From: a virus
Strand: one strand, 5' to 3'
IMG/VR virus record: IMGVR_UViG_3300032516_000003
Coordinates: 65,341 to 129,340 of that record
Length of the DNA stretch: 64,000 nt
Made by a program: the position numbers and the translations under genes. Below the pieces are notes generated by a model. The model had not been told where the DNA came from, searched no databases, and was given only the letters and a program-made list of their open reading frames with translations. Positions within the stretch are counted from its first letter, which is position 1, and every line of letters starts with the position of its first letter. This document shows, in pieces, positions 20,749 through 29,958 of this stretch.

Positions 20749-22575
20749 ATGGACGCTGACCTGGCAACGATCGTCGGTGCTGCCCCCGAGCCGAAGACTC
20801 CAAAGGCCCGCATCGGCCGCCTCAAGAAGCTCAGTGACTACGACGATCCGTGGGGTGGAGACGGCACCAAGCTCATGCCCTACCTACGCCGCATCCATAA
20901 GATGGGTGCGGTGAAACTGGCCGAGCCTCCACCGCCAAAGGGCGTGTCGGTGAAGGAGTGGGACAAGATCTTGGCCGGCAAGCTGAAGACCGCCGAGGAT
21001 CGGCCAGTCGCCGAGACCAAGTTCCAGGACCTCAAGATCGGCATCGAGAACCCCAAGGGATCGGTGCGTGAAGGGACCGATCGGAACGGCCATCACTGGC
21101 GCACCGAGATGAAACTCCTCTATGGTTTCATCAGGGGCGTCAAGGGCAAGGATGGGGACAGCGTGGACGTCTTCGTCGGCCCGGACAAGGAAGCCGACAA
21201 GGCCTTCGTCGTCCACCAGAAGACACCGGACGGCAAGAATTACGACGAGGATAAGGTCTTCCTCGGACTGCACTCCAAGCAGGAAGCCAAGGAGGCCTTC
21301 ATGGCCCACAACGACAACCCCAAGGCCTTTGGTGACGTCGCCGAGGTTTCGATGGACCGACTGCAGCAACTCTGTGAAGAGAAGGGCCGGCTCACCAAGA
21401 TCTCCCAGGCCTCCTATGTCTCCTTCCTCCAAGAGACGATGAAGCTGGCCTCGGAAGCGGAGCAACTGCGCCAAGGTGAGAAGGTCGAGCGGGAGCATGA
21501 GGGCACCATCGAGTACCTCAAGCGTGAGCCGAACATGCCTGTGGGCAAGGTCGAGCGGCTCATCGCCTCAGATCATCTGCGTGAGATCCCCGACTACTAC
21601 ACCCGGCTCAAGAAGATGGAGGAAGGAGCCAAGGAGAAGCAGGCAGCGCCAGTTGGTCTGATCGGCAAGCTTCTCTCCTCTGGCCCGGCCAAGAACCTCG
21701 CGAGCATGGCGGTGAGGAACCCGACCTCGACCTTGCGGCTGGCAGGTGGCGCGGGTGGGGCTCTGGTCGGTGCTGGCGTTGGTGCAGCCTCGGCCGAGCC
21801 TGGCAGTCGCATGAGCGGGGCCCTGAAGGGCGGTCTCATTGGTGGCGGTCTCGGTCTCGGCGCCGGTCATCTTGCCGGCAAGAGCAAGGCCATTCTTGGC
21901 GGCACGAGAAGCCTGGGAACCCGACTGGGCGGCACGGCGACTGGAGCGGGACAGGCTGCTGCCAAGGCACCAGGCGCGATCAAGATGGGTCCAGCGGTCC
22001 AGAGGACTCCCGGCACGCCGCCCCCTCCGGCCGCCGGCGTGGCAGGACCCACGCCAGTCGAAGCTGGAGCCGCACCGAAGATCGCCTCAGCGAAGCTGGC
22101 CTGGAGTTGGGAGGGCTTCAAGGAAGGCCTTCAGGACGAAGGCATCCCACTCTCAGGCGCGACGATCGGCGCTGGACTAGGCCACGCCATCAAGAAGGGC
22201 AAGGGTCTGACTGGCGCTGCTCTAGGATATGCCGCAGGCAGTGGCGCCTCCATCTTGCAGTCAAAGCTCAAGGGTGAGGAACCCTCTACCGCGCGGAAAG
22301 TGCTGGCCCTCAGTGGCATGGGCTATGGCATGGGCGGTCTTACTCACGCTGGGCTGGAACGCATCACCAAGAACATCAAGCCCGGGGCACTCAAATCGAT
22401 CTTCCACGAAGGGGCCAAAGACACGTGGAAGGCGCGCCTCATGCAAGCCGGAGCAGAAGAGGGCATCCCAGCTCTGGGGGCTACCGCCATGACGGGGGTA
22501 GCATTGGCCACTGACAAGTCGCATCGGGGCGGTCACGTTACCCCACCAACGGAGCGTGGAGCGCCGATAGGATAG
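20749..22575 (+). CDS. protein with N-terminal inorganic-pyrophosphatase-like domain, coiled coil and Gly-zipper C-terminus
   Basis: KIGIENPKGSVREG...YGFIRGVKGKDGDSVDVFVGPD...DEDKVFLGLH parallels family-I PPase motifs. The C-terminus is rich in GxxxG repeats. Confidence 0.45.
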   Translation: MDADLATIVGAAPEPKTPKARIGRLKKLSDYDDPWGGDGTKLMPYLRRIHKMGAVKLAEPPPPKGVSVKEWDKILAGKLKTAEDRPVAETKFQDLKIGIENPKGSVREGTDRNGHHWRTEMKLLYGFIRGVKGKDGDSVDVFVGPDKEADKAFVVHQKTPDGKNYDEDKVFLGLHSKQEAKEAFMAHNDNPKAFGDVAEVSMDRLQQLCEEKGRLTKISQASYVSFLQETMKLASEAEQLRQGEKVEREHEGTIEYLKREPNMPVGKVERLIASDHLREIPDYYTRLKKMEEGAKEKQAAPVGLIGKLLSSGPAKNLASMAVRNPTSTLRLAGGAGGALVGAGVGAASAEPGSRMSGALKGGLIGGGLGLGAGHLAGKSKAILGGTRSLGTRLGGTATGAGQAAAKAPGAIKMGPAVQRTPGTPPPPAAGVAGPTPVEAGAAPKIASAKLAWSWEGFKEGLQDEGIPLSGATIGAGLGHAIKKGKGLTGAALGYAAGSGASILQSKLKGEEPSTARKVLALSGMGYGMGGLTHAGLERITKNIKPGALKSIFHEGAKDTWKARLMQAGAEEGIPALGATAMTGVALATDKSHRGGHVTPPTERGAPIG

Positions 22576-22598
22576 TTTCCACGGTTTACTGTGGAAAC
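22575..22598 (+). terminator. hairpin directly after stop codon (gtttccacgg-ttta-ctgtggaaac)
   Basis: 10-bp stem with one mismatch and a 4-nt loop, overlapping the TAG of the upstream gene. Confidence 0.35.
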
Positions 22599-22625
22599 TA
22601 TTCCATGAGATTCCAGGAGGTTATC

Positions 22626-23144
22626 ATGCGCCCATTGGTAGCCCTCATCCTGGTCCTCCTGCAGCTCTGGCCGGTGATCACCTTCGCTGATCCCTGCACT
22701 CGACAGGACTACTCGAACCCCAAGGTGGAGCCGAACTACGACTGCCCCGGGCCGGACGAGGACTCCATGATCCCCCAGCTCCAGATGCGAGACTCCGCGG
22801 AGCTGCTCAAGGGCAAGCCAGCGCCGTGGGACGGGGTGCTCATGGACAAGAATCGGGTGCTCTTCCTCGGCCTGCGCGTCAAGGGTCTGCGGCGCATCCG
22901 CTACATCGAGCGCCAGAGCTTCGTGCAGAAGATCGAAGCAGAGTCCACCTTTCTCAAGGCCTCAGCTAGGGCTGACCTCGATCTGCGTACCTCCCAGCGT
23001 GACAGCTACAAGGAGCAACTAGTGCAGGCGCAGAAAGATCTGGCCAGGGCTCACGCCTGGTATCGGTCCTGGTCCTTCGGCCTGGTTCTCGGCATCGTGG
23101 TCACGGCCGCCGGGGCCACCGCACTAGGGTTCGCCCTGCGCTGA
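22626..23144 (+). CDS. secreted/membrane protein (signal peptide plus C-terminal TM)
   Basis: ATG 22626 sits 5 nt after AGGAGG. N-terminus MRPLVALILVLLQLWPVITFADPC. C-terminal TM WSFGLVLGIVVTAAGATALGF. Confidence 0.5.
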   Translation: MRPLVALILVLLQLWPVITFADPCTRQDYSNPKVEPNYDCPGPDEDSMIPQLQMRDSAELLKGKPAPWDGVLMDKNRVLFLGLRVKGLRRIRYIERQSFVQKIEAESTFLKASARADLDLRTSQRDSYKEQLVQAQKDLARAHAWYRSWSFGLVLGIVVTAAGATALGFALR

Positions 23145-23186
23145 TCTGAGGGCTAAGGGAGAACTGCGGGGGGGGATCAGAGGGAG

Positions 23187-23224
23187 GAGGACCGCAGGAC
23201 CTGGCGAAGCGTCCTGCAGTCCTC
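23187..23224. terminator. 14-bp-stem hairpin between convergent gene blocks (candidate bidirectional terminator)
   Basis: gaggaccgcaggac / ctggcgaagc / gtcctgcagtcctc, one mismatch. Preceded by a G8 run. Confidence 0.4.
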
Positions 23225-23340
23225 CGCGGGTGGGCCGGGGAGGGATGCGTTCTCGGCCACTGCTGCGCCGTGGAACGCGATCAGTTCAGGTAGGGATGCT
23301 GCATCCAGTGCTTCTTCGGCGATGATGAGGATCTCATCAG

Positions 23341-23364
23341 CACAGGGCCGCCGAGGGCCCTGTG
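23341..23364 (-). terminator. hairpin abutting the stop of the last minus-strand gene
   Basis: cacagggcc-gccgag-ggccctgtg, a 9-bp perfect stem ending 1 nt before the TAG at 23365-23367. Confidence 0.4.
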
Positions 23365-23811
23365 CTAGTTTCCCTCGTCAGCGAACTCCTTCTCCAGCTC
23401 GCCGATGCGCTCTTCGAGCTCCTCCTTGCCGCCGACCTGGGCCAGCCAGAGGTCGGAGAGCAGACCGAAGAGCATGTACTGCTGGCGCTCCAGGCCCTTG
23501 AGGCGCTCCTCGACGTCGTCCACGACCTTGCCCAGGGCGTCGAGCTGCTCGTTGGAGCCCTCGCCGTCCGACTCCTTCTCCTCTTCCTTCTCCGGCTCCT
23601 TGTCCTCCTTGGGCTTGGTGCTGGACTTGTCGGATTTCTTGTCGGACTTCTTGCCACCACCACCCTGCTTCTCCAGGATGGCCTCGATGATGTTCTCGGA
23701 CTTCATCTCCGAGACCTGGCGGGCGGTGAGGCTCAGCACCTTCATCGCGATCTGCCGCAGGCTCACGCGGCTCTCGGCCTTCAGGTTCTCCTTCGTGTAC
23801 GTCTCAGCCAT
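23365..23811 (-). CDS. acidic/K-rich protein with Rho-N/SAP-like helix-turn-helix
   Basis: Start taken at MAETYTKENLK. The segment SLRQIAMKVLSLTARQVSEMKSENIIEAILEKQ is followed by a KKSDKKSDK / EEEKE low-complexity stretch. Confidence 0.45.
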   Translation of the reverse strand: MAETYTKENLKAESRVSLRQIAMKVLSLTARQVSEMKSENIIEAILEKQGGGGKKSDKKSDKSSTKPKEDKEPEKEEEKESDGEGSNEQLDALGKVVDDVEERLKGLERQQYMLFGLLSDLWLAQVGGKEELEERIGELEKEFADEGN

Positions 23812-24046
23812 GGGATCTCTTTCTCCTTGTAGTGTGCGTGGCACGCACGAGTCGGGGCACGGCGTAGCGCAGTGCCCAGATGCCGAAGTCCTGCTCGATG
23901 CTTTGTCGCGCGGCCAGCTCTGCCTCATCGGCCGCCTTCCACAGGCTGCAGTGCTCCCGGTTCAGTATGTGCTGCTCGGTCACCTCCTGGCAATCCTTCA
24001 AGTAGGCACAGGTCCCGCACTCTGAAGGCGTCTTACCACTGGCCAC
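23804..24046 (-). CDS. small Cys-containing hypothetical protein
   Basis: 80-aa ORF. Confidence 0.3.
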   Translation of the reverse strand: MASGKTPSECGTCAYLKDCQEVTEQHILNREHCSLWKAADEAELAARQSIEQDFGIWALRYAVPRLVRATHTTRRKRSHG

Positions 24047-24413
24047 GATACTTCCCCTCGCGGACCCGTTCCATCAGGATGGGATCCACGTTCTCGCGGG
24101 CGCAGGCCACCGCGCGTGCGGGAGGACACTCCCAGCACATGCGTAGCGCGTCCTTGGCGACGCTCACTTCGCAGTAGAGCTGTCTTCGAATTGACGGGTA
24201 CTCTTCCTGCATCATGAGCATGGCATTCCGATCGCCATCGACTGGGTCTGCGGGCATCTCCTCCGGATCGAGATGCCCTTCCAGTACAGCGATGAGATCA
24301 TCGCGGCTGACTCCGCGGTGTAGACCGCCCAAGAAACCGTCGCGATAGGCTAGGGCGATCAGTTCGGTGTGGTTCAGCTGGTCGTAGTTGTAGAGTTCGT
24401 CCTCTGGCCTCAT
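24033..24413 (-). CDS. hypothetical protein
   Basis: 126-aa ORF. Its 5' end overlaps the RusA gene, so the true start may be internal. Confidence 0.35.
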   Translation of the reverse strand: MRPEDELYNYDQLNHTELIALAYRDGFLGGLHRGVSRDDLIAVLEGHLDPEEMPADPVDGDRNAMLMMQEEYPSIRRQLYCEVSVAKDALRMCWECPPARAVACARENVDPILMERVREGKYRGQW

Positions 24414-24852
24414 AACTCTCCTTGGTGAGCCCCACCTCCGTTTCCGGCACCTGCCCTAGGTGCACGTAGATGCCAGGGCTATCTGGGTCGCAGTGCTTTT
24501 CGATCACCAGCCGGAAGTTGTGACAGTCATCCAAGCCGATGGCCTCAGCAACCGTATCTTCTATGAGCTTGATCCGGTTGCTAAGATCCATCTTCTTGTA
24601 CCTGGCCCCGGTCGTACTTTTCCGGTTCTCGACCTGCTCGAAGAAGATCGCCAGTCGCAGCTCGTAGGGTACGTTCTGCTGGAGCTGCATGCTGACCAGA
24701 CGGCCGTCAGACTGCACGGCTCTCATGGCCTTGATCTTGAAGATCCGCGCCTGGGCGCTGAGGATGCGTCCCTTCCCCTGGGGATGGCGCACGTAGATGT
24801 TGTTCGAGGTGGGCGGCAACAGCGGCACCCACACCTCCAGGGGCCAGGTCAT
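24298..24852 (-). CDS. rusA: RusA-family Holliday-junction resolvase
   Basis: LPPTSNNIYVRH and KMDLSNRIKLIEDTVAEAIGLDDCHNF align with E. coli RusA PPSNNRYYRH and RDLDNLQKAAFDAL..LDDAQV. Confidence 0.7.
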   Translation of the reverse strand: MTWPLEVWVPLLPPTSNNIYVRHPQGKGRILSAQARIFKIKAMRAVQSDGRLVSMQLQQNVPYELRLAIFFEQVENRKSTTGARYKKMDLSNRIKLIEDTVAEAIGLDDCHNFRLVIEKHCDPDSPGIYVHLGQVPETEVGLTKESYEARGRTLQLRPAEPHRTDRPSLSRRFLGRSTPRSQPR

Positions 24853-25460
24853 CGACGCCTCACTCCCGAGCGGAACATCTGGCTCAGCGAGTCGTGCTTC
24901 TGGGCCCGATCTTCACGGACCATAGCGCGGTTGGCCTGGCGTCCCATGCCTACGTTGCGTCCTTCGAGATCGATGCGCTGCCGGAGCACCTCGAAGGACC
25001 GCGAGATGGTCTCGGTCTCCCGCTTGAGGGCTTCCACCATGCCGGCAAGGAAGGAGTGCTTGGCATCATGGTAGCGGTACTGCGCCTCCACCTCAATGTA
25101 CCGCACGTCGATGCCAGTAGCGTCGTCCTTGTCCGACACAGTGCCTTCCTTCAGCCGGCGAATGCGCTTCCAGGCGAAGGCCTTCTTCTCCGCCGCGGCG
25201 TCCCGTTGGTTGCCGGCGATGATCTTCTGGCCGATGGCGTAGGAGTGCCACTTGGTGAGCACCCCCAACAGGTTCCCCAGCTCGGACAGCCCGAGCTCGG
25301 ACAGGTTGTCGGGGATCTGCGGCCGCTCGGCCGGCTTGGTGCCGTAGAAGGGCCGCGGCGAGACGCCCAGCCCCAACTTGACGACATCATCCTCAGCGTT
25401 GCCGATGGCGTCGTCGTACTTCGCTAGGCCCTCCTCGTAAGGGCACTCGAATGCTGGCAT
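24849..25460 (-). CDS. hypothetical protein (position suggests a recombination accessory protein)
   Basis: 203-aa ORF between the exonuclease and RusA. No motifs recognised. Confidence 0.45.
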   Translation of the reverse strand: MPAFECPYEEGLAKYDDAIGNAEDDVVKLGLGVSPRPFYGTKPAERPQIPDNLSELGLSELGNLLGVLTKWHSYAIGQKIIAGNQRDAAAEKKAFAWKRIRRLKEGTVSDKDDATGIDVRYIEVEAQYRYHDAKHSFLAGMVEALKRETETISRSFEVLRQRIDLEGRNVGMGRQANRAMVREDRAQKHDSLSQMFRSGVRRR

Positions 25461-25463
25461 GAG

Positions 25464-26357
25464 CTACTCCTTGGTCTCGCGCGATGCGGTCACCATGGAG
25501 TTCCGGAACGCCGAATGCACGTTCCGATCGAGCCTACCCAGTGACCGCGGCGGCTTGCACGCACCCTTGTACTGGCACGTGCGACAGCTGAAGGTGACCT
25601 CCTGCTCTGGCATCTCGTCGACCAGAGCCTTCGAGCGCACGTAGTCCACCTTGGCGACGACCGCCTCCCAGCGCGCCTCGTCGAACACCTGGATGTACTC
25701 TGCAACCTGGCAGTCGTTGACATTCCAGTAGAGGAACAGCATCAGGGGCAGATCGAGGCACTTCTGGTAGATCGTCCCCTGGATGAGATGCTCGGGATGC
25801 GGGCCGGAGGTGGCCTTGAAGCCGTCCATGCTGATGGACTTGATCTCCAGCCCGAACCGCAGCTTGCCCTTGGGAGTCACTACAGTGTAGATCCCGTCCG
25901 CATGGCCAGACAGATCGTAGCGGTCGGCGACTTCGTTCGTGTCGGGACTGACCCGCGCCTCAGACTCGAAGTGGTCGGTGTCGGCGTTCTCGCGGGCGAA
26001 CTCGTGCAAGTAGGTCTGCACGAGCGCGTGGACCGCAGTGCCCTCGTCCAGACGTCGGCGTAGCCGTGGCTCCCAGGCCCCAGCCGATGTCGTACCCGTG
26101 TAGGCGTAGAACAGCTTGCGGCCGCATCCCATGGGGTAGCGGTTGTTCAGCGACTTGCCTGAGATCTCGCCAATCATGGATGCAGAGAAGACACCCTTCG
26201 GCCGCCCCGCATTGCCCAGTGTGAACTCCACCGGGATCTTGACGATCAGGGCGTTCATGTCCTCCAGATGGGCCTCGATGCGGTCTACCACCGAAGCTTG
26301 CTTGATCATGTGCTTATCCACCTTCTCCAGGTGGGCGATACTGGTCAGGTCGGGCAT
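25464..26357 (-). CDS. PD-(D/E)xK exonuclease, Cas4/RecB-like, with C-terminal Cys cluster
   Basis: ADGIY...GLEIKSIS (D..ExK), QGTIYQKCLDL (QhxxY motif), and C-terminal CRTCQYKGAC. Confidence 0.6.
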   Translation of the reverse strand: MPDLTSIAHLEKVDKHMIKQASVVDRIEAHLEDMNALIVKIPVEFTLGNAGRPKGVFSASMIGEISGKSLNNRYPMGCGRKLFYAYTGTTSAGAWEPRLRRRLDEGTAVHALVQTYLHEFARENADTDHFESEARVSPDTNEVADRYDLSGHADGIYTVVTPKGKLRFGLEIKSISMDGFKATSGPHPEHLIQGTIYQKCLDLPLMLFLYWNVNDCQVAEYIQVFDEARWEAVVAKVDYVRSKALVDEMPEQEVTFSCRTCQYKGACKPPRSLGRLDRNVHSAFRNSMVTASRETKE

Positions 26358-26554
26358 GAGATGATCCTGTCGAAGTGAAGCTCCTCGACGTGCATCACTT
26401 CCCGCCAGTGCTCATCGATTCCTAGGCGCTTGCACTCGACCACGACCAGATCTGTGGCCTGCGCCATGTCTCGGGCGTCAATGACGAGATGCCGTTCCTT
26501 GTTCCTGGTCACCACCAGGAACAGCCTGCGTTCCTTCCGCTCAGTGTGCCCCAT
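26345..26554 (-). CDS. small hypothetical protein
   Basis: 69-aa ORF bridging two genes with short overlaps. Confidence 0.3.
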   Translation of the reverse strand: MGHTERKERRLFLVVTRNKERHLVIDARDMAQATDLVVVECKRLGIDEHWREVMHVEELHFDRIISCPT

Positions 26555-27074
26555 GTGTCTTCTCCACCATCTCCAGGAACAGCTCGTAGGGGATGATCAC
26601 GAACTTCCTGGCGAGTTTCCGGAAGGTGATGACAAGGCCTGGCCACTCCAGGGCCAGGTTGGCGTGTCGGACCACGGCGGCCAGATCTGCCACCAGCAGC
26701 GTGTAGCTCTTGATGCTGTCAGTGAACTTGTGCTCCAGTCGCCACTCATCAACCACCCGGACATCATCCTTGGCATCCTGGTTGCCAGAGCCAGGCTGGA
26801 CCTTCCCGCCCATATCACGGGCCAGTCCCTGCTCCAATTTCCGCGACAACCGCACGCGTCGGCGCCGATCTAGGGGGGAACCAACCGAGTCGCGCTTGGG
26901 AGTGAACTTGATGACGTAGCCCTTGTCTTGGCATGCGTCGCACAAGGCGAATTCCTGGATGGGCCGCCCATCCAGACTCAGAATGTAGCTGGTGGTCTCG
27001 CGGTTGCGTCCGCAGTGGGAGCAATTCTTCCCGGTGCCGCGGAAGTGAATGGCGAGTTCGGCGATCATGACCAT
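26541..27074 (-). CDS. Zn-ribbon protein with possible PD-(D/E)xK-like core
   Basis: N-terminal CSHCGRN...CDAC. Central DDVRVVDEWRLEHK. Confidence 0.4.
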   Translation of the reverse strand: MVMIAELAIHFRGTGKNCSHCGRNRETTSYILSLDGRPIQEFALCDACQDKGYVIKFTPKRDSVGSPLDRRRRVRLSRKLEQGLARDMGGKVQPGSGNQDAKDDVRVVDEWRLEHKFTDSIKSYTLLVADLAAVVRHANLALEWPGLVITFRKLARKFVIIPYELFLEMVEKTHGAH

Positions 27075-27077
27075 CTC

Positions 27078-28397
27078 CTAGAGCGTGCGGTTCCGGATAT
27101 GCGCCAGGTTGGCCTGGCGCAGCATCAATCGCCACAGCATGTTCTTCAACTCCGGGTCATCAGCCAGCGCCTCCAGCACCTCGCCCTGACCCTTGAACTT
27201 GTACTGCTTGTCACTCAGGTTCTGCAGATCGATCGCGTAGATCGAAGTGCCTGCCTTGGTGATGATGCCGTTGGCCAGGCAGTAGCCGAAGAAGTCCAGA
27301 TCGACATCGACCTCTGGTGGCTCGAAGTAGTACTTGAAGGAGCCTGTCTTGCCTTCGTGCGTCCCTGCCTTCCCCTTGGTGATCTCCCAGACGATCTCCT
27401 TGCCGATGCGGGTGCCGTCCTTGTCCTTGAGCTGCTCTCCCGGCCGGAGCTGGATGTCCACCAGCTTGCCATGCTTCAGTGCATGCGAGCCGCCAACCTT
27501 CCAGTCGCGGGAGTGCATGCCCATCTTGTGGAGGTTAGCGCGGACCTGACGTATACCAATGATCGTGGTCTCGTTTTCCTCCAGGAAGGGGTCCCGTCCC
27601 TTCCAGCCGCAGTTCTTGTCGCTGCAGTAGTAGCCCCAGCCGCCATTGGCCGTCTTCTTGAACTCGATGTCGAGGCTCCTGCACTCGTGGCAGAGCTTCT
27701 TCGGCGCCAGCGCGCCCTGGACCTTCTTCATCCAGCGGGTCTGGACACTGGCTGGGCTGGCGATGCGGGGATCTTCTCCCAGCGGTGTCTCTTCTTCCGG
27801 GGCGGTCAGCATGGAGTCCCAGGAGTCGATCGCGCCGAGCTGGAACTTGTTGGAGGAGATCAGTTGAACCACTGCCTCCAGGTTGCCTTCGGCCGATCCA
27901 CCACGGGGGATCACGAACACCCCGGTGTCGGTGTCGTCCTGCAGGGCTTCGACCTCCTTCTTGGTCAGGGGCTCCTCACCCCGTTCCTTCCGCCCGCGTT
28001 GTTCCACTCCGATCTCGTAGTCCGAGAACGGCACGCGGAAGCCGACCTTGTAGGCGAACATCTTGTCGAAGGGAAACTCCATGCACAGCATGAAGATCCT
28101 GGTGTTCTCCTTGTAGAGCTTCTGCACCTTCGCGAAGTAGTGGTAGATGAGCAGGTTCTTCCCCGTGCCCTCCGGGCCGTCGATCTGGGATAGCCCTCCG
28201 GCCGGCAGCCCTCCACCCGTGGCGATGTCGAGCGCGGGGATGCCACAGGGACGGCGCAGGTCGAAGCGGCCTTCCAGCTCGCGACCACGTTGAAGCATGA
28301 CCCCGGTGCTGCCGAGGTCGGCCTGGATGCCTGCCAGCAGCTCGTCGATGTCCTCACGTGAGGAGTGCTTGCTGGGTGTCGCTTTGTCCTTGGCCAT
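27078..28397 (-). CDS. RecA/UvsX-like recombinase with zinc-ribbon insertion
   Basis: GIPALDIATGGGLPAGGLSQIDGPEGTGKN (RecA N-domain and Walker A). Inserted CHEC...YYCSDKNC. Start set at MAKDK, 9 nt after AGGAGG, and it does not overlap the upstream stop at 28406. Confidence 0.7.
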   Translation of the reverse strand: MAKDKATPSKHSSREDIDELLAGIQADLGSTGVMLQRGRELEGRFDLRRPCGIPALDIATGGGLPAGGLSQIDGPEGTGKNLLIYHYFAKVQKLYKENTRIFMLCMEFPFDKMFAYKVGFRVPFSDYEIGVEQRGRKERGEEPLTKKEVEALQDDTDTGVFVIPRGGSAEGNLEAVVQLISSNKFQLGAIDSWDSMLTAPEEETPLGEDPRIASPASVQTRWMKKVQGALAPKKLCHECRSLDIEFKKTANGGWGYYCSDKNCGWKGRDPFLEENETTIIGIRQVRANLHKMGMHSRDWKVGGSHALKHGKLVDIQLRPGEQLKDKDGTRIGKEIVWEITKGKAGTHEGKTGSFKYYFEPPEVDVDLDFFGYCLANGIITKAGTSIYAIDLQNLSDKQYKFKGQGEVLEALADDPELKNMLWRLMLRQANLAHIRNRTL

Positions 28398-28405
28398 GGT
28401 GCCTC

Positions 28406-28942
28406 CTAGGACTGGATCAGCTCCTCGTAGTTGAAGTTGTGGACGCCACGGATGTTGATGACTTCGAAGTCGTCCAGACCCAGACATTCGCCGTTGAAGT
28501 CGAATGCATGCGAGGCGACACGCACCTCACCGCGGGCGAACCGGATGCCGAGGAGCGTGATCTTCCACGACCCGTTGCGGTTGCTGCCGTCCGCGCGCAG
28601 ACCAGTGGCCTGTTCGAGCAGGCCCCAGTAGCGGAGCTTGGCGTAGTCACCGCCCCACTCGCCGTTGCTCCAGCGGCGGGGCGTGTTCTTGAGCAGGTGG
28701 GGGACATCGATCCACTCCTGCTCGGGGTGTCGGTCGTGCTCCTGCTTGATGCGCACCAACGCCTCGGCCATGTTGCTGTTCAGGAGCCGCCGATAGCGCT
28801 TGGCCGGCTGGCCGCAACAGGGGCAGCGAGGGATTTTGCCCTTCTGCACCATGGCCAGGCGGACGTTCTCCTGGGCCTCGCGAAGTGTGATCTCGTGCGG
28901 GTGGGGGATCCGTGCGGTTGCCGCTGTCGCTGCAGTAGTCAT
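28406..28942 (-). CDS. zinc-finger hypothetical protein
   Basis: 178 aa, contains RCPCCGQPAKRY. Confidence 0.45.
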   Translation of the reverse strand: MTTAATAATARIPHPHEITLREAQENVRLAMVQKGKIPRCPCCGQPAKRYRRLLNSNMAEALVRIKQEHDRHPEQEWIDVPHLLKNTPRRWSNGEWGGDYAKLRYWGLLEQATGLRADGSNRNGSWKITLLGIRFARGEVRVASHAFDFNGECLGLDDFEVINIRGVHNFNYEELIQS

Positions 28943-29466
28943 AGTTGCTTCCCTCCGTGAAGATGAGGCCGGCCCCTGTTGTATTTCAGCTTCAGACGCA
29001 GGGCGGCCTCCAGATCGATCCCATGCGTCTTGCTGACGTCGAAGATACGGATGAGGACGTCGGCCAGTTCGATCGGCACACCCTCAGGCTTCTTCACCAG
29101 GCCGAGATCAGCCGGGTGGTAGTAGATCTCGTTCGGCTTGTGGCCGTTGCGGTACTCCTCCAGGGCCTCGGAGATCTCCGAGTGGAAGAGGGCACAATCC
29201 TCGGCGAAGGTCTTGTTGGCCGCGTGGAAGCCCTTGTTCTCGGCGTGCTGCCAGGACTCGTCCATCAGCTCCCGGATGGTCAGAGGTGATGGTTCCAGTG
29301 CGACCGAGGGGGCACCCGTCTGGTAGGCCAAGTCGAACATCTCGGCCAACAGGCTAACCTCCTGGGGGACCAGGTCGTAGACGATGCTGTTGAGGAGCTC
29401 CCAGTGGAGGTCGGAGAGCTTCACACTGTAGTGCTCCAGCGTCTCCTGTGGGCTCAGGCAGGTCAT
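28939..29466 (-). CDS. MazG-like nucleoside triphosphate pyrophosphohydrolase
   Basis: ELADVLIRIFDVSKTHGIDLEAALRLKLKYNRGR plus an upstream EISEALEEY helix pattern. Confidence 0.6.
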   Translation of the reverse strand: MTCLSPQETLEHYSVKLSDLHWELLNSIVYDLVPQEVSLLAEMFDLAYQTGAPSVALEPSPLTIRELMDESWQHAENKGFHAANKTFAEDCALFHSEISEALEEYRNGHKPNEIYYHPADLGLVKKPEGVPIELADVLIRIFDVSKTHGIDLEAALRLKLKYNRGRPHLHGGKQL

Positions 29467-29560
29467 CTACTTCTCCTCCGGCTGCTTCTCGTAGGGCTCA
29501 GAACCCTTCACGGGATCGAGGGGAATGTTGCTGTCTGGATGCTCGACCGTGTTGCCGGCC

Positions 29561-29956
29561 TCACCCTTCTTCTCCTTCTCCGGAACCTTCTTCGGGTCGA
29601 TCACTACCGCGTACTTGTCCATTGTCCTTCTCCTTGAGCCCGAAATGCTCCGCCGGATCAATCTTGGCGAAGAGCTTGTGGCTCTCTCTGATCTTGTGCT
29701 TCACGAAGCGTGAAGGCACGAACTTGACCCGCCGGGTGGCGGGCATGATGAACTGCCGCTTGGTCCGCGGGTCCATCACCGAGCGGGCTGCAGCCGGGAC
29801 GTTCAGGAAGAAGCCTAGACTCTCTACGTAGACGTCCCGGCCGGAGAACAGGGCCTCCTGTATCACCTTGGAGAAGGCCCGCAGGACGGCCCTGATCTCC
29901 CGCTTGGTGTAGCGTGTGTCCTCAGCCACGTGTTCAATGAGCTCTTGGTAGTTCAT
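29561..29956 (-). CDS. HU/IHF-family DNA-binding protein with acidic C-terminal tail
   Basis: KREIRAVLRAFSKVIQEALFSGRDVYVESLGFF...DPRTKRQFIMPATRRVKF. Confidence 0.65.
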   Translation of the reverse strand: MNYQELIEHVAEDTRYTKREIRAVLRAFSKVIQEALFSGRDVYVESLGFFLNVPAAARSVMDPRTKRQFIMPATRRVKFVPSRFVKHKIRESHKLFAKIDPAEHFGLKEKDNGQVRGSDRPEEGSGEGEEG

Positions 29957-29958
29957 GG

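Noticed and set aside
26928-28193. 421-aa plus-strand ORF
   Set aside because: It is antisense to the RecA-like gene, whose motifs are unambiguous. Same shadow-ORF explanation. The same applies to 35896-36924, 39574-40266, 33096-34359 and the other antisense ORFs inside helicase, polA and virion genes.
29467-29661. 64-aa ORF overlapping the HU gene's 3' end
   Set aside because: It overlaps the acidic tail of the HU-like gene in another frame. The HU frame has the conserved fold motifs, so this ORF is probably not expressed. This remains uncertain.
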